Below are positions 9,358 through 21,300 of a stretch of DNA of 64,000 bases, one piece after another. The notes under the pieces were generated by a model, which did no database searches, was not told the origin of the DNA, and saw only the letters and a program-made list of their open reading frames with translations. This DNA comes from a virus (taxonomy: Duplodnaviria > Caudoviricetes), in IMG/VR virus record IMGVR_UViG_3300021952_000001, positions 50,356 through 114,355 of that record; one strand, given 5' to 3'. Each line of letters starts with the position of its first letter. Position 1 is the first letter of the stretch. A program made the position numbers and the translations under genes.

Positions 9358-10086
9358 ATGGCAACACTAAGAAAATTAGTATCGGATGTACGTTCAGTAC
9401 ATAAAATTTTATCCACTGACAGTTTGATAACTGACAGAGCTATTGCATCTGAAATTAGAAACAACTCTCTATTGTTAATCAAACGAGAAACTAATTTAAG
9501 AAAGCTCTGGGCAACTGATACTTTATTTACTACTATTCCATGTTTAGAGATGATAGAAGTACCAATCTCTGAATGCTGTGATTATGTAGATCCTTGCAGT
9601 ATAGCAAGAACAAAATATAAACTCCCACGTATCTCTGAAGGAAACTATCAGTATGTTATACAGGGAGTTTACTCTATTAATGCAATGAGTGGTCAAGGAA
9701 AGAAATTGAAAGAGATTTCAGTTAATAGATATTTGAATCTATTAAAACTTCCTATTATTAAGAAAGAAGATTATTTCTGGATTTCTAATGGTTATTTGTA
9801 TGTCACTAACCCATTGTTACAAGCTATACGATTTGTAGCATTCTTTGAAGAAGATGTTGATAATAACATCATGTATCCAGAATGTGGATGTGGAAGTGCA
9901 CAATACACTACAGAACAAATCTGTCAGAATCCATTAGATAAAGAGTTTCCTCTTCCAGGATACTTAGAACAACAGGTTCTTGAATTAACATCTAAGAAGT
10001 TATTATCTACTTATTTTAATCTTAAAACAGATGTAAGTCAAGATAATGTAGATGGCCAAGCACCAAATGCAAAACCAAATAATTAA
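9358..10086 (+). CDS. Tail ring/structural protein
   Basis: 242 aa; synteny before the IHF-like and tail tubular genes; NGYLY and D.EFP motifs. Confidence 0.55.
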   Translation: MATLRKLVSDVRSVHKILSTDSLITDRAIASEIRNNSLLLIKRETNLRKLWATDTLFTTIPCLEMIEVPISECCDYVDPCSIARTKYKLPRISEGNYQYVIQGVYSINAMSGQGKKLKEISVNRYLNLLKLPIIKKEDYFWISNGYLYVTNPLLQAIRFVAFFEEDVDNNIMYPECGCGSAQYTTEQICQNPLDKEFPLPGYLEQQVLELTSKKLLSTYFNLKTDVSQDNVDGQAPNAKPNN

Positions 10087-10562
10087 TGAGAACAAAGATT
10101 GATTGGAGAAGTGCCAGTAAAGAAAACTATAATGACTTCTGTAAAAAGCATCCAACTATAAAGATTACATTTGATAACTGGAGAAACATTCTCTACACTT
10201 ACAATGAATCATTTAAAGAGTATGTTTTAGAAACAGGAGAGAAAGCTAAGCTTCCTTATGGTTTTGGTGAGTTTTCAATCAATAAAAAGAAAAGAAGAAG
10301 ATTAAAAGGAATAGATGGTAAGGAGTTTGTTAATCTTCCTATAGATTGGCAAAAGACAAAAGAAAAAGGTAAAGTGATTTACAATTTCAATTATCATACA
10401 GAAGGTTATTTCTTTGGATGGATGTGGTTTAAAACTACAGCTAGATTTAAAAACTCTGATCTTTGGTATTTTAAACCATCAAGACTTACATCCAGATTAC
10501 TATCGCACTATCTTAAAACCAGCGACAAGTACCAACACATTTACAAAGAATGGAAACGCTAA
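10086..10562 (+). CDS. IHF/HU-like DNA-binding protein (crAss type)
   Basis: GEKAKLPYGFGEFSINKKK resembles the HU/IHF signature; IDWQKTK; conserved crAss position. Confidence 0.7.
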   Translation: MRTKIDWRSASKENYNDFCKKHPTIKITFDNWRNILYTYNESFKEYVLETGEKAKLPYGFGEFSINKKKRRRLKGIDGKEFVNLPIDWQKTKEKGKVIYNFNYHTEGYFFGWMWFKTTARFKNSDLWYFKPSRLTSRLLSHYLKTSDKYQHIYKEWKR

Positions 10563-10565
10563 ACT

Positions 10566-11552
10566 ATGAGCTACTACTATAAATATGATTTCGTATCACC
10601 AGAACCTGTCTATGCCACTGTAAAAGAGGAATTAAAATCCTATTTTGATACAGGAGCAGTAGATGATCTTTTATTCCCTACTTACTTGGACAAATGTCTT
10701 AAGAAGCTAGGTAGAACTACTTATGTAATTGCGGAAGAAACTCTTTATATAGAAGACTTCCAAGCAAGACTTCCAGATAACTTTTATGCTGTAAGAGAAG
10801 CTTGGATGTGTACAGAGATTCCTCAGTACCCATATCAGTCTGCTAACTCATTCTATTCACAAGCAGCTAGTGCTACAACTATTCAAGTTAGTCCTATTGT
10901 TTATGGTGGAAATCCATGTGATAATCCATGTTCTAATCCTGAATGTCAACAATGTGATTGTAATGGTGCATGTATGCCTTTATTAGCTCAAGCTGTATAC
11001 AAAACAAATACACAGACATCTAGATCATTTAGACTTGAGTATTTACTTAAACCAGGTAATATTTCTGCTAAACAACATTGTGGTGTAGAATATACAAATA
11101 ACTGGGAGTTCTATCAAGATGCTCCTCCTGTACATGAGTTTACTCCAGGATCTGCAAGTTATGATTCATTTGATGTTAGAGATAATAAACTTGTAACTAA
11201 TTTCAGAAATGGAATTGTACATTTAGTATTCTATGCTACAGAATACGATCAAATAGGAAATCAAATGATTCCTGATAACTATCGTATTAGAGAGTATGTA
11301 GAAGCATTCATTAAATACAAAGTATTTGAAATGTTAACTAACCAAACTGTTGATGAAACATTCAATCAGTTACAACAAAAGTTAGTTTACCATAAACAGC
11401 TATATGAAGAAGCATTCATCATGGCTAGTATTGAAATCAAGAAACAAACTGCATGGGAAAAACAAAGACGAGTTAAAAATGACTTGAATAGGTTTAACAT
11501 GTACGAACTACCAAATAGAACTAATAGATACGGTAGAAGAAGAAATAATTAA
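10566..11552 (+). CDS. Tail tubular/ring protein (P22 gp4-like)
   Basis: ARLPDNF, TNFRNG..HLVFYA, MIPD motifs; immediately before the muzzle gene. Confidence 0.65.
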   Translation: MSYYYKYDFVSPEPVYATVKEELKSYFDTGAVDDLLFPTYLDKCLKKLGRTTYVIAEETLYIEDFQARLPDNFYAVREAWMCTEIPQYPYQSANSFYSQAASATTIQVSPIVYGGNPCDNPCSNPECQQCDCNGACMPLLAQAVYKTNTQTSRSFRLEYLLKPGNISAKQHCGVEYTNNWEFYQDAPPVHEFTPGSASYDSFDVRDNKLVTNFRNGIVHLVFYATEYDQIGNQMIPDNYRIREYVEAFIKYKVFEMLTNQTVDETFNQLQQKLVYHKQLYEEAFIMASIEIKKQTAWEKQRRVKNDLNRFNMYELPNRTNRYGRRRNN

Positions 11553-11559
11553 TTAAGTT

Positions 11560-14500
11560 ATGGCAAATAACACAGAAGATACAACTCCTCAAGGAAACAT
11601 CAGACAAGAGTATAAGAATGCCACTGTAGGTTTAAACTTGGACCAAACTGTTAATCAGATTAAACCAGGTACACTTACATATGCATTAAATGCTGCTGTT
11701 GAAAACTTTGATGCTAACTCAATTAATTACCAAAATGAACAAGGTAATGAGTTTTGTTTGCAGTTTCCTGAGAATCATGTATTAATTGGTACATATTTTA
11801 TTAGTGAACAAAACAAACATATTTTCTTTTTAGTAAATCCTACTGCTGACAATTATAGTTGTGAGATTGGATTCATGGATAATAATGATTGTATTTATCA
11901 AACACTTGTATCTGCTACTTGTTTAAACTTTCAAGTTGATCATCCTATACATAAAGTTGTACATAGAATTACAAATTGTACAACAGAGATATATTGGACA
12001 GATGGGTTTAATCCTAGAAGATATTTAGATATAAATAATATTCCTTATAAGTTAGCTTCAGGAAGTCCTTTATGTAATCCTATATATTCAAATGAATTAG
12101 ATTGCAATCAATTAAAGATGCAACCTAATTTTGATATTCCTCAATTAGAAGTAGATAAAATTACTACTGGAGGAAGTGTTACTGCTGGTACATATCAGTT
12201 TGCTGCACAGTATTCTGATGCATCTGGTAATGGATATACATCATTTTACTCTGTTACAAATCCAACACCTGTTGCTGACATACATATTACATCTCAAGAT
12301 TTTAATTATCCTGTAGGTAAATCTATTGTTGTTAATGTTTCACATTTAGATTTAACAGGACAATTTCAATATTTTAATCTTGCTGTAATTAAAACAGTAA
12401 ATGCAATTACATCAGTAGAGCTAATTGGTACATATTTTATTGATGGTGAAAATAGAAAGATTACTTATACAGGGCAGATTGTAGATAACATTCGTTTGTC
12501 TATTAATGATATCTTTGAAAAGTTTCCATACTATGATGTTGCTGAAGACTTAACTGCTGTACAAGATATTCTTGTATGGGATGGTCTTAAGTCTAATGAA
12601 AGAGTCAGTTATCAAAAGATAGCTAATCAAGTTTCTTTATTATGGGAAACATATAAAATTCCTAACACTGAAAATTATGCAAATGAATTAAATGCTACAA
12701 ACTTACGTGGATATCTACGTGATGAAGTGTATGCATTTGAAATTGTATTTCTTTTAAATAATGGAATGCAAACAGATGGATTCCATATTCCTGGTAGAGT
12801 ATCTACTCCATCAGATAATGATCCTATTTATGTAACTGATCCAGATTTTATTGGAGAACCTATCACTGGACATAATTATAATTATCGTTGGACAGTATAT
12901 AACACTGCTACAGTAATTGGAACTGCTACAGGAGAAAAGATAGGAAATGCCACTCCATATCAATATGGTAACTTTGCTTATTGGCAATCAGAAGAAAAAT
13001 ACCCTTGTGATGAGAATATATGGGGAGATCTTGCAGATCAACCTATTAGACATCATAAGTTTCCAGATGTATTAGTATCACCTATATATGAATCAAAAAC
13101 ATTTACAGGAAAAGATACAATGGAGATGGGTAATGATGCTGTCTATCCTATTGGTGTTAAGATAAATACAGAACAAATTAAATCATTAATAGATTCTTCA
13201 AATCTTACACAAGATCAAAAAGATAGTATTGTAGGATTTAAAATTGTACGTGGTGATAGATCTACAAATAAATCTATTATTGCAAAAGGTATTCTTAGAA
13301 ACGTAGGAAAGTATACAAGAGAAAATCAAGACTATTACTATCCTAACTATCCATATAATGATCTTAGTGCAGATCCTTTCTTAAATACAACTAATAATGC
13401 TTGGACACAGTTGTGTACAGCATTTGAAATAAATGTTTTAAAATTTAATCTTCCTGAAGATAATCCTACATATTTAGAAGTTAAGTATACAGATTGTAAT
13501 ACTAATAAAACTGCTTCTATAAAATATGATACATTAGGTTTGAAATCATTATGTTCTATAGGTGTTCCTGTTATACAAGGAATTGGTCCTAAGAATAAAA
13601 TGGATATGGTAAATGGTGGATTATATGTTCCTGCTCCAGATTGTATTGGTACAGTTGGTTATGCAGAATATGATGTTTATTACATTGCTACATCAGGATC
13701 ACATGCAGGATGGAAAGCACAGTGGAATGATCCTATCTTAGGAGTTACAGAAGTGTGGCTTCCTGGAGGATTATTTGGTGGACGTACATATGTTATTCAT
13801 ACAAGAGTAGGTACTGTTCCTCAAAACATAGATGGTAGTTCTTATTATGTAATTGATAAAACTGGTGAGGTTAGAACTACAGCATGTAAAGCTACATATC
13901 CTCAACCAGCATTAATTACAGGAGATACATTAGGTAATAGACAAATATTCAATTCACCTGAAACATCTTTTGGTCAACCGTTCTTAGGAAACATTCTTAA
14001 ATTAGAAAATGTAATGTTTGGTCAAGGTGTTGCACACTTTGTTGAAGTGAAAGGTAATGCTAAATATAAGTTACTTACTAAAGAAGCTCAAATTGATGCA
14101 CTAGATGCATCCAAAGCATTAGGAGCTGTTACTTCTACATTTAATGCATCTGCAATGTTTGCTGCATATCAATCATATCTTACTATTTACATAAATGGTA
14201 TTACAAGAAAGAACTATGCATATTCATTCAACTCTATAGCTGATTATAATTATAGTGTAGGTATTCCTAATGATACAGGAGTTAAACAAAGAGTTTTAGA
14301 AAACTCTGCTAAATATTTAATTCCAGGTGTACAATCAACAGGATCTGGAACTAAAGATTTTCCAATTAATAATTATCAAAGAGAATCATCTGTATATTTA
14401 AAAACTACTGAAGATAAATCTACATTACCTTTTCCAAGTGATAGTCCATATATGGTATCTGGAGGAACTTCTATATTAACAGAACGTTCTAGATTTACAA

Positions 14501-16455
14501 TATCAGATATAGGTAATTGTTCTACTCCGGCTAAAGAAGAAAAGATACAAGTAGTATCTTACTATGCTTCATTGAAAAATACATTTGTTAATCAATGGGG
14601 ACAGATCTATTCATATAAAACAATTGATACAGGATTTCAAAGAATGTTCAATGTAACAACTCCTTTACCTAATGTGGTATTTGGTGGAGATACATTTATT
14701 AGTAGATTTGCATTCAAAACAAAACTACCATTCTTTATTGATAATAGAGTTAATGCTCCTGATGATTCAGATATATTCTATGATGAGATTGGTAACATAG
14801 CCTATCCTAAATTTTGGCATTCTGCTAGATCTATTTTACAAGATTATAGTGGTGATACAGGAGGTGCATTACCTGCAACATTATCAAACATCATTTCATA
14901 TAAAGCTCATAATTTTGATTGTCCTAATAGTCAAGAACCTGGACCAACATCAACTCCTCCTGTTCCTGCACAAGACAATCCTAATAGAACATTTTATGAT
15001 GGATATTTCTATTTGTTTGCATATGGTATTCCTAACTTCTATTGTGAGAGTTCTTACAATACAGATCTTAGACAAGCATTTAATAATAGAGAAGGAGACT
15101 TCTGGCCACATGTAAGTAATAATATTCCTGATAACTGGGTACAAGAAAACTTTGTATCTATTAATCAAGATAATACTTACTATTATAATACAACATATTC
15201 AAAACAAAATAAAGAGGATAACTTTTCACATCTTCCTCCAGACTTTGATCCAACTAAAGCATGTTTTACAAATTATCCATTTAGAGCTATTTACTCAGAT
15301 CTTCAATCAACAGATGCTGATAATAGAGTGAATAACTGGTTAATCTATAGAGCAACATCATATTTTGATTTTCCTCAAAATTATGGCCAACTTGTATCAT
15401 TAGATGGTATTCAAAATAAAGCTGTATTAGCTAGATTTGAAAACAAGTCATTAATGTATAATAACTTGCTTACAGTGGATACAAGTAATCCACAAGCAGC
15501 TTATTTAGGTAACCCTAATTTATTTAGAGGAGCACCTCCTATTGACTTTGCAGAAACAGATCTTGGGTATGTAGGAAGTCAGAACAAGTTCTTCTTAAAG
15601 ATTCCTAATGGGCAAATAACTATTGATGCTAAAAGAGGACAAGTATTCTTAATAGAAGGTACACAAGTTCAAGACTTGTCTGCTTTTGGATTAGGAATGA
15701 ATAGATTCTTTACGGATCACTTAGCATTTGAAATACTAAGATATTACCCAGAAGTAGATACTGATAATCATTTTAATGGTGTAGGACTTCATGGTGTATA
15801 TGATAGTAAGTTTGATAGAGTAATAATTACTAAACTTGATTATATTCCTTTATATGCTAACATTTTTTATGATGCTGCATTAAAAGAATATTATATAGAA
15901 GAAGATAATATTAGAACACAAGTATTTCTTACAGATCCTGATTATTTCTGTAATAAGTCTTGGACAGTATCATTTAACTTTACAACTAAGAGTTGGATAT
16001 CATTCCATAGTTATATTCCTAATTTCTATATAGGAGAAAACAATTTCTTCTATTCAGGAATTAATGGATGTTGTGATGAGTTTGATTTTGTTGCAGGACC
16101 TTTAGTACCTGGACCAACAACTACAACCACTACAACACATGTATTAAATTGTACTATTGCAGGAACTGCTCGTGTACCTAATTGTAATTTAGATGGAACA
16201 GCTATTGAAATAGTTCCAACCACTACAACTACAACATCTAGTAGTACAACTACTACCACAACTACAGTTTATTTTAACTGTGCATCTGTTACAGCAGTTA
16301 CCACTGCAATGTCGCAAAATGTTACATATTTAGATTGTGATAGTGTGGAACAATCAGTAGATTTTAGTAATACTAGTGTAGACTTCTGTGCAACAGAAAT
16401 TATAAGTCATACATCAGAAGTAGAAATAACAGTTAATGGACCTTGTCTACTATAA
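11560..16455 (+). CDS. Tail stabilisation/muzzle protein (P22 gp10-like), N-terminal part with appended Thr tracts and Cys module
   Basis: 1631 aa; GLNLD, IYWTDGFNPRR, GGDTFI, YVGSQ, DAKRG, WISFHSY motifs typical of this family. Confidence 0.75.
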   Translation: MANNTEDTTPQGNIRQEYKNATVGLNLDQTVNQIKPGTLTYALNAAVENFDANSINYQNEQGNEFCLQFPENHVLIGTYFISEQNKHIFFLVNPTADNYSCEIGFMDNNDCIYQTLVSATCLNFQVDHPIHKVVHRITNCTTEIYWTDGFNPRRYLDINNIPYKLASGSPLCNPIYSNELDCNQLKMQPNFDIPQLEVDKITTGGSVTAGTYQFAAQYSDASGNGYTSFYSVTNPTPVADIHITSQDFNYPVGKSIVVNVSHLDLTGQFQYFNLAVIKTVNAITSVELIGTYFIDGENRKITYTGQIVDNIRLSINDIFEKFPYYDVAEDLTAVQDILVWDGLKSNERVSYQKIANQVSLLWETYKIPNTENYANELNATNLRGYLRDEVYAFEIVFLLNNGMQTDGFHIPGRVSTPSDNDPIYVTDPDFIGEPITGHNYNYRWTVYNTATVIGTATGEKIGNATPYQYGNFAYWQSEEKYPCDENIWGDLADQPIRHHKFPDVLVSPIYESKTFTGKDTMEMGNDAVYPIGVKINTEQIKSLIDSSNLTQDQKDSIVGFKIVRGDRSTNKSIIAKGILRNVGKYTRENQDYYYPNYPYNDLSADPFLNTTNNAWTQLCTAFEINVLKFNLPEDNPTYLEVKYTDCNTNKTASIKYDTLGLKSLCSIGVPVIQGIGPKNKMDMVNGGLYVPAPDCIGTVGYAEYDVYYIATSGSHAGWKAQWNDPILGVTEVWLPGGLFGGRTYVIHTRVGTVPQNIDGSSYYVIDKTGEVRTTACKATYPQPALITGDTLGNRQIFNSPETSFGQPFLGNILKLENVMFGQGVAHFVEVKGNAKYKLLTKEAQIDALDASKALGAVTSTFNASAMFAAYQSYLTIYINGITRKNYAYSFNSIADYNYSVGIPNDTGVKQRVLENSAKYLIPGVQSTGSGTKDFPINNYQRESSVYLKTTEDKSTLPFPSDSPYMVSGGTSILTERSRFTISDIGNCSTPAKEEKIQVVSYYASLKNTFVNQWGQIYSYKTIDTGFQRMFNVTTPLPNVVFGGDTFISRFAFKTKLPFFIDNRVNAPDDSDIFYDEIGNIAYPKFWHSARSILQDYSGDTGGALPATLSNIISYKAHNFDCPNSQEPGPTSTPPVPAQDNPNRTFYDGYFYLFAYGIPNFYCESSYNTDLRQAFNNREGDFWPHVSNNIPDNWVQENFVSINQDNTYYYNTTYSKQNKEDNFSHLPPDFDPTKACFTNYPFRAIYSDLQSTDADNRVNNWLIYRATSYFDFPQNYGQLVSLDGIQNKAVLARFENKSLMYNNLLTVDTSNPQAAYLGNPNLFRGAPPIDFAETDLGYVGSQNKFFLKIPNGQITIDAKRGQVFLIEGTQVQDLSAFGLGMNRFFTDHLAFEILRYYPEVDTDNHFNGVGLHGVYDSKFDRVIITKLDYIPLYANIFYDAALKEYYIEEDNIRTQVFLTDPDYFCNKSWTVSFNFTTKSWISFHSYIPNFYIGENNFFYSGINGCCDEFDFVAGPLVPGPTTTTTTTHVLNCTIAGTARVPNCNLDGTAIEIVPTTTTTTSSSTTTTTTTVYFNCASVTAVTTAMSQNVTYLDCDSVEQSVDFSNTSVDFCATEIISHTSEVEITVNGPCLL

Positions 16456-16464
16456 ATAAATAAT

Positions 16465-17331
16465 ATGTCACAAACAATAAACATAAAATTGACAAAGGTT
16501 GGTCCAGTTGCTGGGCCCTTTGTCATATATGATCAAGTTAATAATATCATCGCTAACAATGTATCTAAACAATCATTGATAAGTGGTGTGACATACGTTG
16601 TATCTAATTCTGTTACATCTATAAAAATAAACTCTATTGGTGATTGTACATTTTCTAAAACACACGTAATAGCTCCAATTGCAGATAACTATTATAACAC
16701 TCTTGTTGCACAAAGACTTGTTACAGGATGTGTATGGAGACATTTAACTAATATACAGTTGTATAATTCATTCTATGGAATTACAGCACCGTATATGATT
16801 GAGTATCCATTTGCATATCAGTACCAAGATGAAATATTACAAAACGTAAAAGATTATTCTAAAGCCTATAAATATCTTCCTATTCCAGATGGTGTATTTA
16901 ATTATAACACAAAAGTTGAAACAAACGATCATTGGTTTAACAAAGCTATTTTATACAATGGGCAGCAATCATCAGGATTACTTGAACTTGTTGCAAAGCC
17001 TTTACATAATCTAAAAGAATATATGTCTTATCCAAAATTCAATGTTGATAGTAAAACTATCACTTATACTAAGAGTGATAACTTTTATCAGTATAATACA
17101 TTTTGGGCATTACAGAAAAGTTCACAAGATGTGTTATTCAACACTCCTTGTACATCTCTATCATACGATAAAGTTATTAATGAAGACAATATGGACTATG
17201 GCACCAGATCATTCAGAAAAGCCCCTCTAAGAGCAAAAGAATTAAAAGTGAGACATATACTTGATAATACAAATAACATTCATATAGTGTCTCAATTCAT
17301 ATTAACACCTGCACAAATAAGTTATAAATAA
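16465..17331 (+). CDS. Muzzle protein C-terminal part, preceded by an Ig-like module
   Basis: VWRH...YNSFYG..PYMIE, YNGQQSSG continue the muzzle sequence pattern. Confidence 0.6.
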   Translation: MSQTINIKLTKVGPVAGPFVIYDQVNNIIANNVSKQSLISGVTYVVSNSVTSIKINSIGDCTFSKTHVIAPIADNYYNTLVAQRLVTGCVWRHLTNIQLYNSFYGITAPYMIEYPFAYQYQDEILQNVKDYSKAYKYLPIPDGVFNYNTKVETNDHWFNKAILYNGQQSSGLLELVAKPLHNLKEYMSYPKFNVDSKTITYTKSDNFYQYNTFWALQKSSQDVLFNTPCTSLSYDKVINEDNMDYGTRSFRKAPLRAKELKVRHILDNTNNIHIVSQFILTPAQISYK

Positions 17332-18308
17332 TGGCAAAGGGTTGGTTAGACAATTTCGGTAAAGAAGATAATTATAATGATTCTCAAGCTTCTGCTCCTG
17401 AAGGATTTCAAGGGGATGGATATAGTAATGTAGGTAGAAACTATTCTCCTGCATGGAGAGGACAGTTTCAGAAAGGTGGTACAGTTTTTTTACAACCAAC
17501 TGATTCAAAATTACCATGGGCATATAATAATAAAACTAAAGATTATAATTCAGAAGTTGCTATGTCAATAGGTGGTGAAAATGGAGAACCTGCTTATTTA
17601 ATTCCTACATTTAAAAAAGGTAAGTTTTTAAAAGATCCAATTAAAGAATATAAAAAAACAGGAGAACATTTAGGTGGCCCATTTAAAAATTGGCAAGATG
17701 CAGATAAATGGGAACAAGAAGTGAGACATCCTGCTGTAGAACAACATAGATCTATTATACCTTATACGTATAGTAATATGCAAATGGGTGGTAATGTCTA
17801 TCCAGTTAATTATGTTCCTCAAGCACAAATGGGAGGAAGTCTTCCAGGAGCAACAGGAATGATGTATGCTAGAACAGGTGCTCCTAGTAAAGGTCCACGT
17901 AGAAATCAAACTGATGTTACAGATGCTTCTGCTCAGAATGGTAAAGAAATGCAATATTATCAAGAAGGATTAGATTTCAAACCAAAGACTATTAGTAGAG
18001 ATGGATCTGTAATTAAAGATGATCTTGGGCAATGGGCTCATCCAGGAGAGATAACAGAAATAGGAAGTAATAATATTACTATGGAAGGAGTTCCTTATGA
18101 TGTACTAGGTATATCTGATACAGGAGATACTAAACTTATGAAACCAGGTAAGAACTATAAGTTTAAGGGTAAAAAAGTGACTGAGTATCCTATGGCTAAA
18201 AATGGTGTAAATCAACAAGATGAAAAAAGCTTGCAACAATTAGATCAATTAACTAACTTTACAAACTACAATACCAAACAACCAGGTGGCTGGTTAGATA
18301 CATTATAA
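17331..18308 (+). CDS. Virion cargo/ejection protein
   Basis: Repeated xQxG(G) motifs; GWLD at both termini; position after the muzzle gene. Confidence 0.55.
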   Translation: MAKGWLDNFGKEDNYNDSQASAPEGFQGDGYSNVGRNYSPAWRGQFQKGGTVFLQPTDSKLPWAYNNKTKDYNSEVAMSIGGENGEPAYLIPTFKKGKFLKDPIKEYKKTGEHLGGPFKNWQDADKWEQEVRHPAVEQHRSIIPYTYSNMQMGGNVYPVNYVPQAQMGGSLPGATGMMYARTGAPSKGPRRNQTDVTDASAQNGKEMQYYQEGLDFKPKTISRDGSVIKDDLGQWAHPGEITEIGSNNITMEGVPYDVLGISDTGDTKLMKPGKNYKFKGKKVTEYPMAKNGVNQQDEKSLQQLDQLTNFTNYNTKQPGGWLDTL

Positions 18309-18310
18309 TT

Positions 18311-21300
18311 ATGAAAGCACAAATGTTAAAACTGGCAGGTGTAAAAACTGAAGCTGCCTTTTACAAAAAGTATCCTACACAAGAAGCATTTATGAAAGTG
18401 CATGGTAAAGCTTTTAAGAAAGCTCAGATTGGTACTTATATTGGTGGTGAAGCTACTGCTGCACCAAAGCCAATTAACTTTAATGATGCTTACGATCAAG
18501 CAGATCTTTCTATTACAGGTAAGACAGGTAAGATGCGTCAAGAAGAAGCTAATAAACAAGCTACTTTAGCTACTCAACAAAAACAATCACAGGGTGGTGG
18601 AGATATATTTAGTCAAATAGGTGGAGCACTAGGTAATCTTGGTGAAGTATTTGCTGCTGAATATGGTACACATATTCCTAAAGCTCAAATTGGTAGAAAT
18701 CTTACTCCTATTGGTCAAAATCTTACACCTGCAGGAATGGTTAATGTTGGACCACAAGTAGGACAACCTCAAGTATTTAATACAGGTACATTACCAAATC
18801 AAGTTAATCCTGGACAATCAGCCACTATGGGTGCAATAGGAGACGCTATTGGTAAATATGCAGGGCCTGTAGGTGAAGTTATTCAAGGATATGGAGCACT
18901 TAGAGCAGAAAGACAACAGTTAAAAAGTGCTCAACAAACACAACAACTTAGTGATCTTGCATTGAAAGCATCTAACACAAGACCTGAAAAAACACAAAGA
19001 AGATATGTTCGTCCTGAAGATATGGTTACTACAGGTAATCAATTATCTCCTTCATATGGTACAGGAACAAATATTCTTGCTCAAGATGGTGTAACTGTAT
19101 CTGGAAAACCTGTAAGTAAAAAAGATATTAGAAAAGAAAAAGATTTAGTTAAAGTATTACCAAACTCTAGTCTTTATCCAGAGGATGAGGCTAATTATAT
19201 ACGTACTACAAAATCATTAGAAGGTTTAGGTAAAAGAAGTAAACCATTAGAACAACAAGCTACAAATGAATTTGTTGATTGGTATCAACATCCAGAAACA
19301 TTAAAACGTTTTGGTGAAAATACAGGAATGGATCCTGCAAGATTACAAGATTTTGTAGGTAAAGCTTTAAGAACTCCTATGCGACCTGCTAAAGAAGATG
19401 ATTATTTAACTTCTGAAGATAATGCTAAATGGAGAAGTCCTTTTTGGCAAGATCAAAACTATAGAACGTTAAATAAAAATACAGGAGAAATATTATACCA
19501 ACCAAATCTTGAAAGTACATATGGTTTAGAAAAAACAAAAAATATACTAGCACATGAATTAGGTCATGCTTCTAGTTTAGATGAATTATTAGGACCTAAG
19601 TTAATGGGTATATTAGGAGAACCTACACATGTATTTAAAAAAGAAAAAGCATATATAGGTAGTCCTAATGAAGCATATGGTAACTTTCATGAGTTTAGAA
19701 AAAATTTAGGATTAAAACCTGGTCAAAAGATAGATGAGTCTACATTAAAAAAATTAACTAAGAAAAAAGGATTAGATCAAGAAAGATTTTATAGAGCATA
19801 TAGTCCTGATAAAATTACAAAAGCTATTAACACTATAGCATACAATCCTAATAATAATGAGGATGTAACATATGCACAAGATGGAGCAGAGATTCAAAAT
19901 ACATATGCTCCTAATAATCTTTATGATGATCTTGGTTACGAACCATTAGAAGATTCTAATGAAGTAAAACAATATCAAAATGGTGGTTATGCAAATTCAC
20001 AAGATTATTATAATAAAATAATAAATGCAGGTCAAAGTACAGGTATAATATCAGGAGGAAATGTTCCTTGGGATGTTATTGGTAATTTTGGAAGTAATGT
20101 TGGTGGTGCTATTGTAGGACAAGATGCAGGTGCTGGAATTGGAGGAACTATTGGTGGTACACTAGGAACTGCTTTAGGTGGTCCTCTTGGCGGTGCTATT
20201 GGTAAAACACTTGGTACTGTTGCTGGTGGTTTGCTTGATACTAATGATAGAGATATGAAGAAAGCTCAAAGAGCTACAAGTAGAAATATGCAAGGTATGG
20301 CTTTTGCTAATAGTGTTCAAGGAGTACAAGGACAGAATGCTGCATATATGGAAGATGGAGGATATGTATCTAATGATTGGACTCCACAAGTAATTGCTAA
20401 GTTTGGTGATCACTCTCCAGAAGATGTGTATGATTTTGCACATGAAGGAATGGATTCATTAAGAGCTGGTGGTCATTTGAAAGAATATAGAGATCCTAGT
20501 GAAAGAGCTATGCAAACATATGCTATGGGTGGTGAACTTAAAACTCATTGGGGAGGTCATATGGAAGAGATGTCTGAGAATCCATATCTACCTGATGGTG
20601 GTGTAACTTATATGCCTCATGGACAATCTCATGAAGAAGCTGATAGTAATGGTAGAACAGGTATTGGAATCACTTATGGAGATAATCCAGTTGAGGTGGA
20701 AAGAAGAGAACCTATTATGAAACTTAAAGATGGATCTACAGGAGAAGATAATCTTGTAGTATTTGGTAATCTAGAAATTCCTAAATATGGTGTAGAGCTA
20801 TTAGGAGATAAAAAAGCAAAAGGAATGAAGTTTAAAAACTATGTATCAGATCTTTCTAAATCTGAAACAAAACAAAATAAAACAATTCAAAAGTCTACTG
20901 ATGAGTTAGATTCATTGACACCAATGGATTCATTTGATAAACTTAAACTTTCTGGATTACAAGCTAACATATTAGGTGGTAATATGAAACTTAAAGAGAT
21001 TGCTGATACTAAACATAAAGCTGCAGCTTTACAAAATGCTATCAATGATACAGCAGAAGAGTTTGCTCTTGATGCAGATCATTTAGCTAAGGGTAGAGTA
21101 AAAACAGCTAAGATGGGTGGTAAGTTTTCAAAAGCTCAAGATGGTATTGATATGAATGCTGGAGAATTAGATGAAGTAAAAATTCCAGTAAAGAAAATTG
21201 ATTATATGAGAAAGGCATTAGATAATACTCTTAATCCTATAGATATAGTTGAACCTGATATGACTCCTCAAGGATCTGCAATTCCAGAATCAGCAGGAAG

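Noticed and set aside
16100-16700. Group I intron explaining the muzzle and fibre gene splits
   Set aside because: Intervening DNA is coding-like with normal stop/start spacing and shows no recognisable intron core
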